Source: Malacoraja senta (Eukaryota). Taken from it: a stretch of 64,000 nucleotides of DNA. Made by a program: the position numbers and the translations under genes. The stretch covers positions 2,358,001 to 2,422,000 of the forward strand of contig CM075992.1 in assembly GCA_038087875.1 (NCBI GenBank), written 5' to 3'. This document shows positions 63,470 through 64,000 of the stretch, piece by piece. Every line of letters begins with the position of its first letter. Positions within the stretch are counted from its first letter, which is position 1. The notes under the pieces are model-generated. The model was given only the letters and a program-made list of their open reading frames with translations. It was not told the origin of the DNA and did no database searches.

Positions 63470-63925
63470 AAACACTGACCTTTCTGTCCTAGGCCTCCTC
63501 CATTGTCAGAGTGAGGCTAAACACAAATTGGAGGAACAGCATCTCATATTTCGCTTGGCGAGCTTACATCCCAGTGGTATGAATATTGATTTCTCTAACT
63601 TCAGGTAACCTCTGTATTCTCTCTCTCTCTCTCTCCATTCTCTCTCTCTCTCTCCATTCCTCCCCCACCCAAATCACACCAGCTTTTCTTTCTCACCTAG
63701 CAAACAGCTAACTATGGCCTGTTTCCTTTATCATTGTTACTTTTTTGCATATTTTTTATTAATGTGTTCTATATCTCTCCACTTCATCGTCTATATCTCT
63801 CATTTCCCTTTCCCGTGACTTTCAGTCTGACAAAGGGTCTTGGCCTGAAACGTCACCCATTCCTTCTCTCCAGAGATGCTGCCTGTCCCGCTGAGTTACT
63901 CCAGCATTTTGTGTCTATTTTCTGA
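63470..63925 (+). mobile_element. Penelope-like 3' end plus pseudo-LTR
   Basis: DLSVLGLLHCQSEAKHKLEEQHLIFRL..LHPSGMNIDFSNF, then a degenerate hammerhead-like box at ~63827-63855. Confidence 0.8.
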
Positions 63926-64000
63926 CACTAAAACACTCTTGGCTCTTGCTTCCACCACTCTCTCAGGTAATACATTCCAGGTACTCGCCACTCCCTGGAT

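Overview
Eukaryotic, repeat-rich DNA, most likely from a cartilaginous fish (skate or ray). This is inferred from HE1-type V-SINEs, CR1/HER1-like LINEs, Rex1/Babar and Penelope elements; there is no prokaryotic content. The one convincing host gene is a 5-exon ICAM/VCAM-family adhesion molecule on the + strand (CDS exons 42479-42545, 44383-44631, 50461-50775, 51435-51713, 55538-55701; all introns phase 1 and GT-AG; 357 aa). It encodes a signal peptide, three Ig domains, a TM helix and an ICAM-1-like tail. The gene lies in the right arm of a large inverted duplication (left arm ~9825-23426, right arm ~34483-55066). The left-arm copy is a pseudogene: promoter, exon 1 and exon 2 appear to have been removed by recombination between two SINEs, exon 3 carries a nonsense codon, and the TM exon is missing because the arm ends in a decayed two-gene PIF/Harbinger transposon. 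That transposon contains a nested CGGBP1-like hAT element. The outer ~850 bp of the arms appear identical and end in a templated-insertion scar, suggesting recent gene conversion from pseudogene to gene. Many short Penelope-derived repeats carry minimal hammerhead-ribozyme motifs and often occur as fold-back pairs. A ~5.5 kb tandem duplication across a 200-N gap is probably an assembly artefact. All calls come from reading the sequence by eye; no searches were run.
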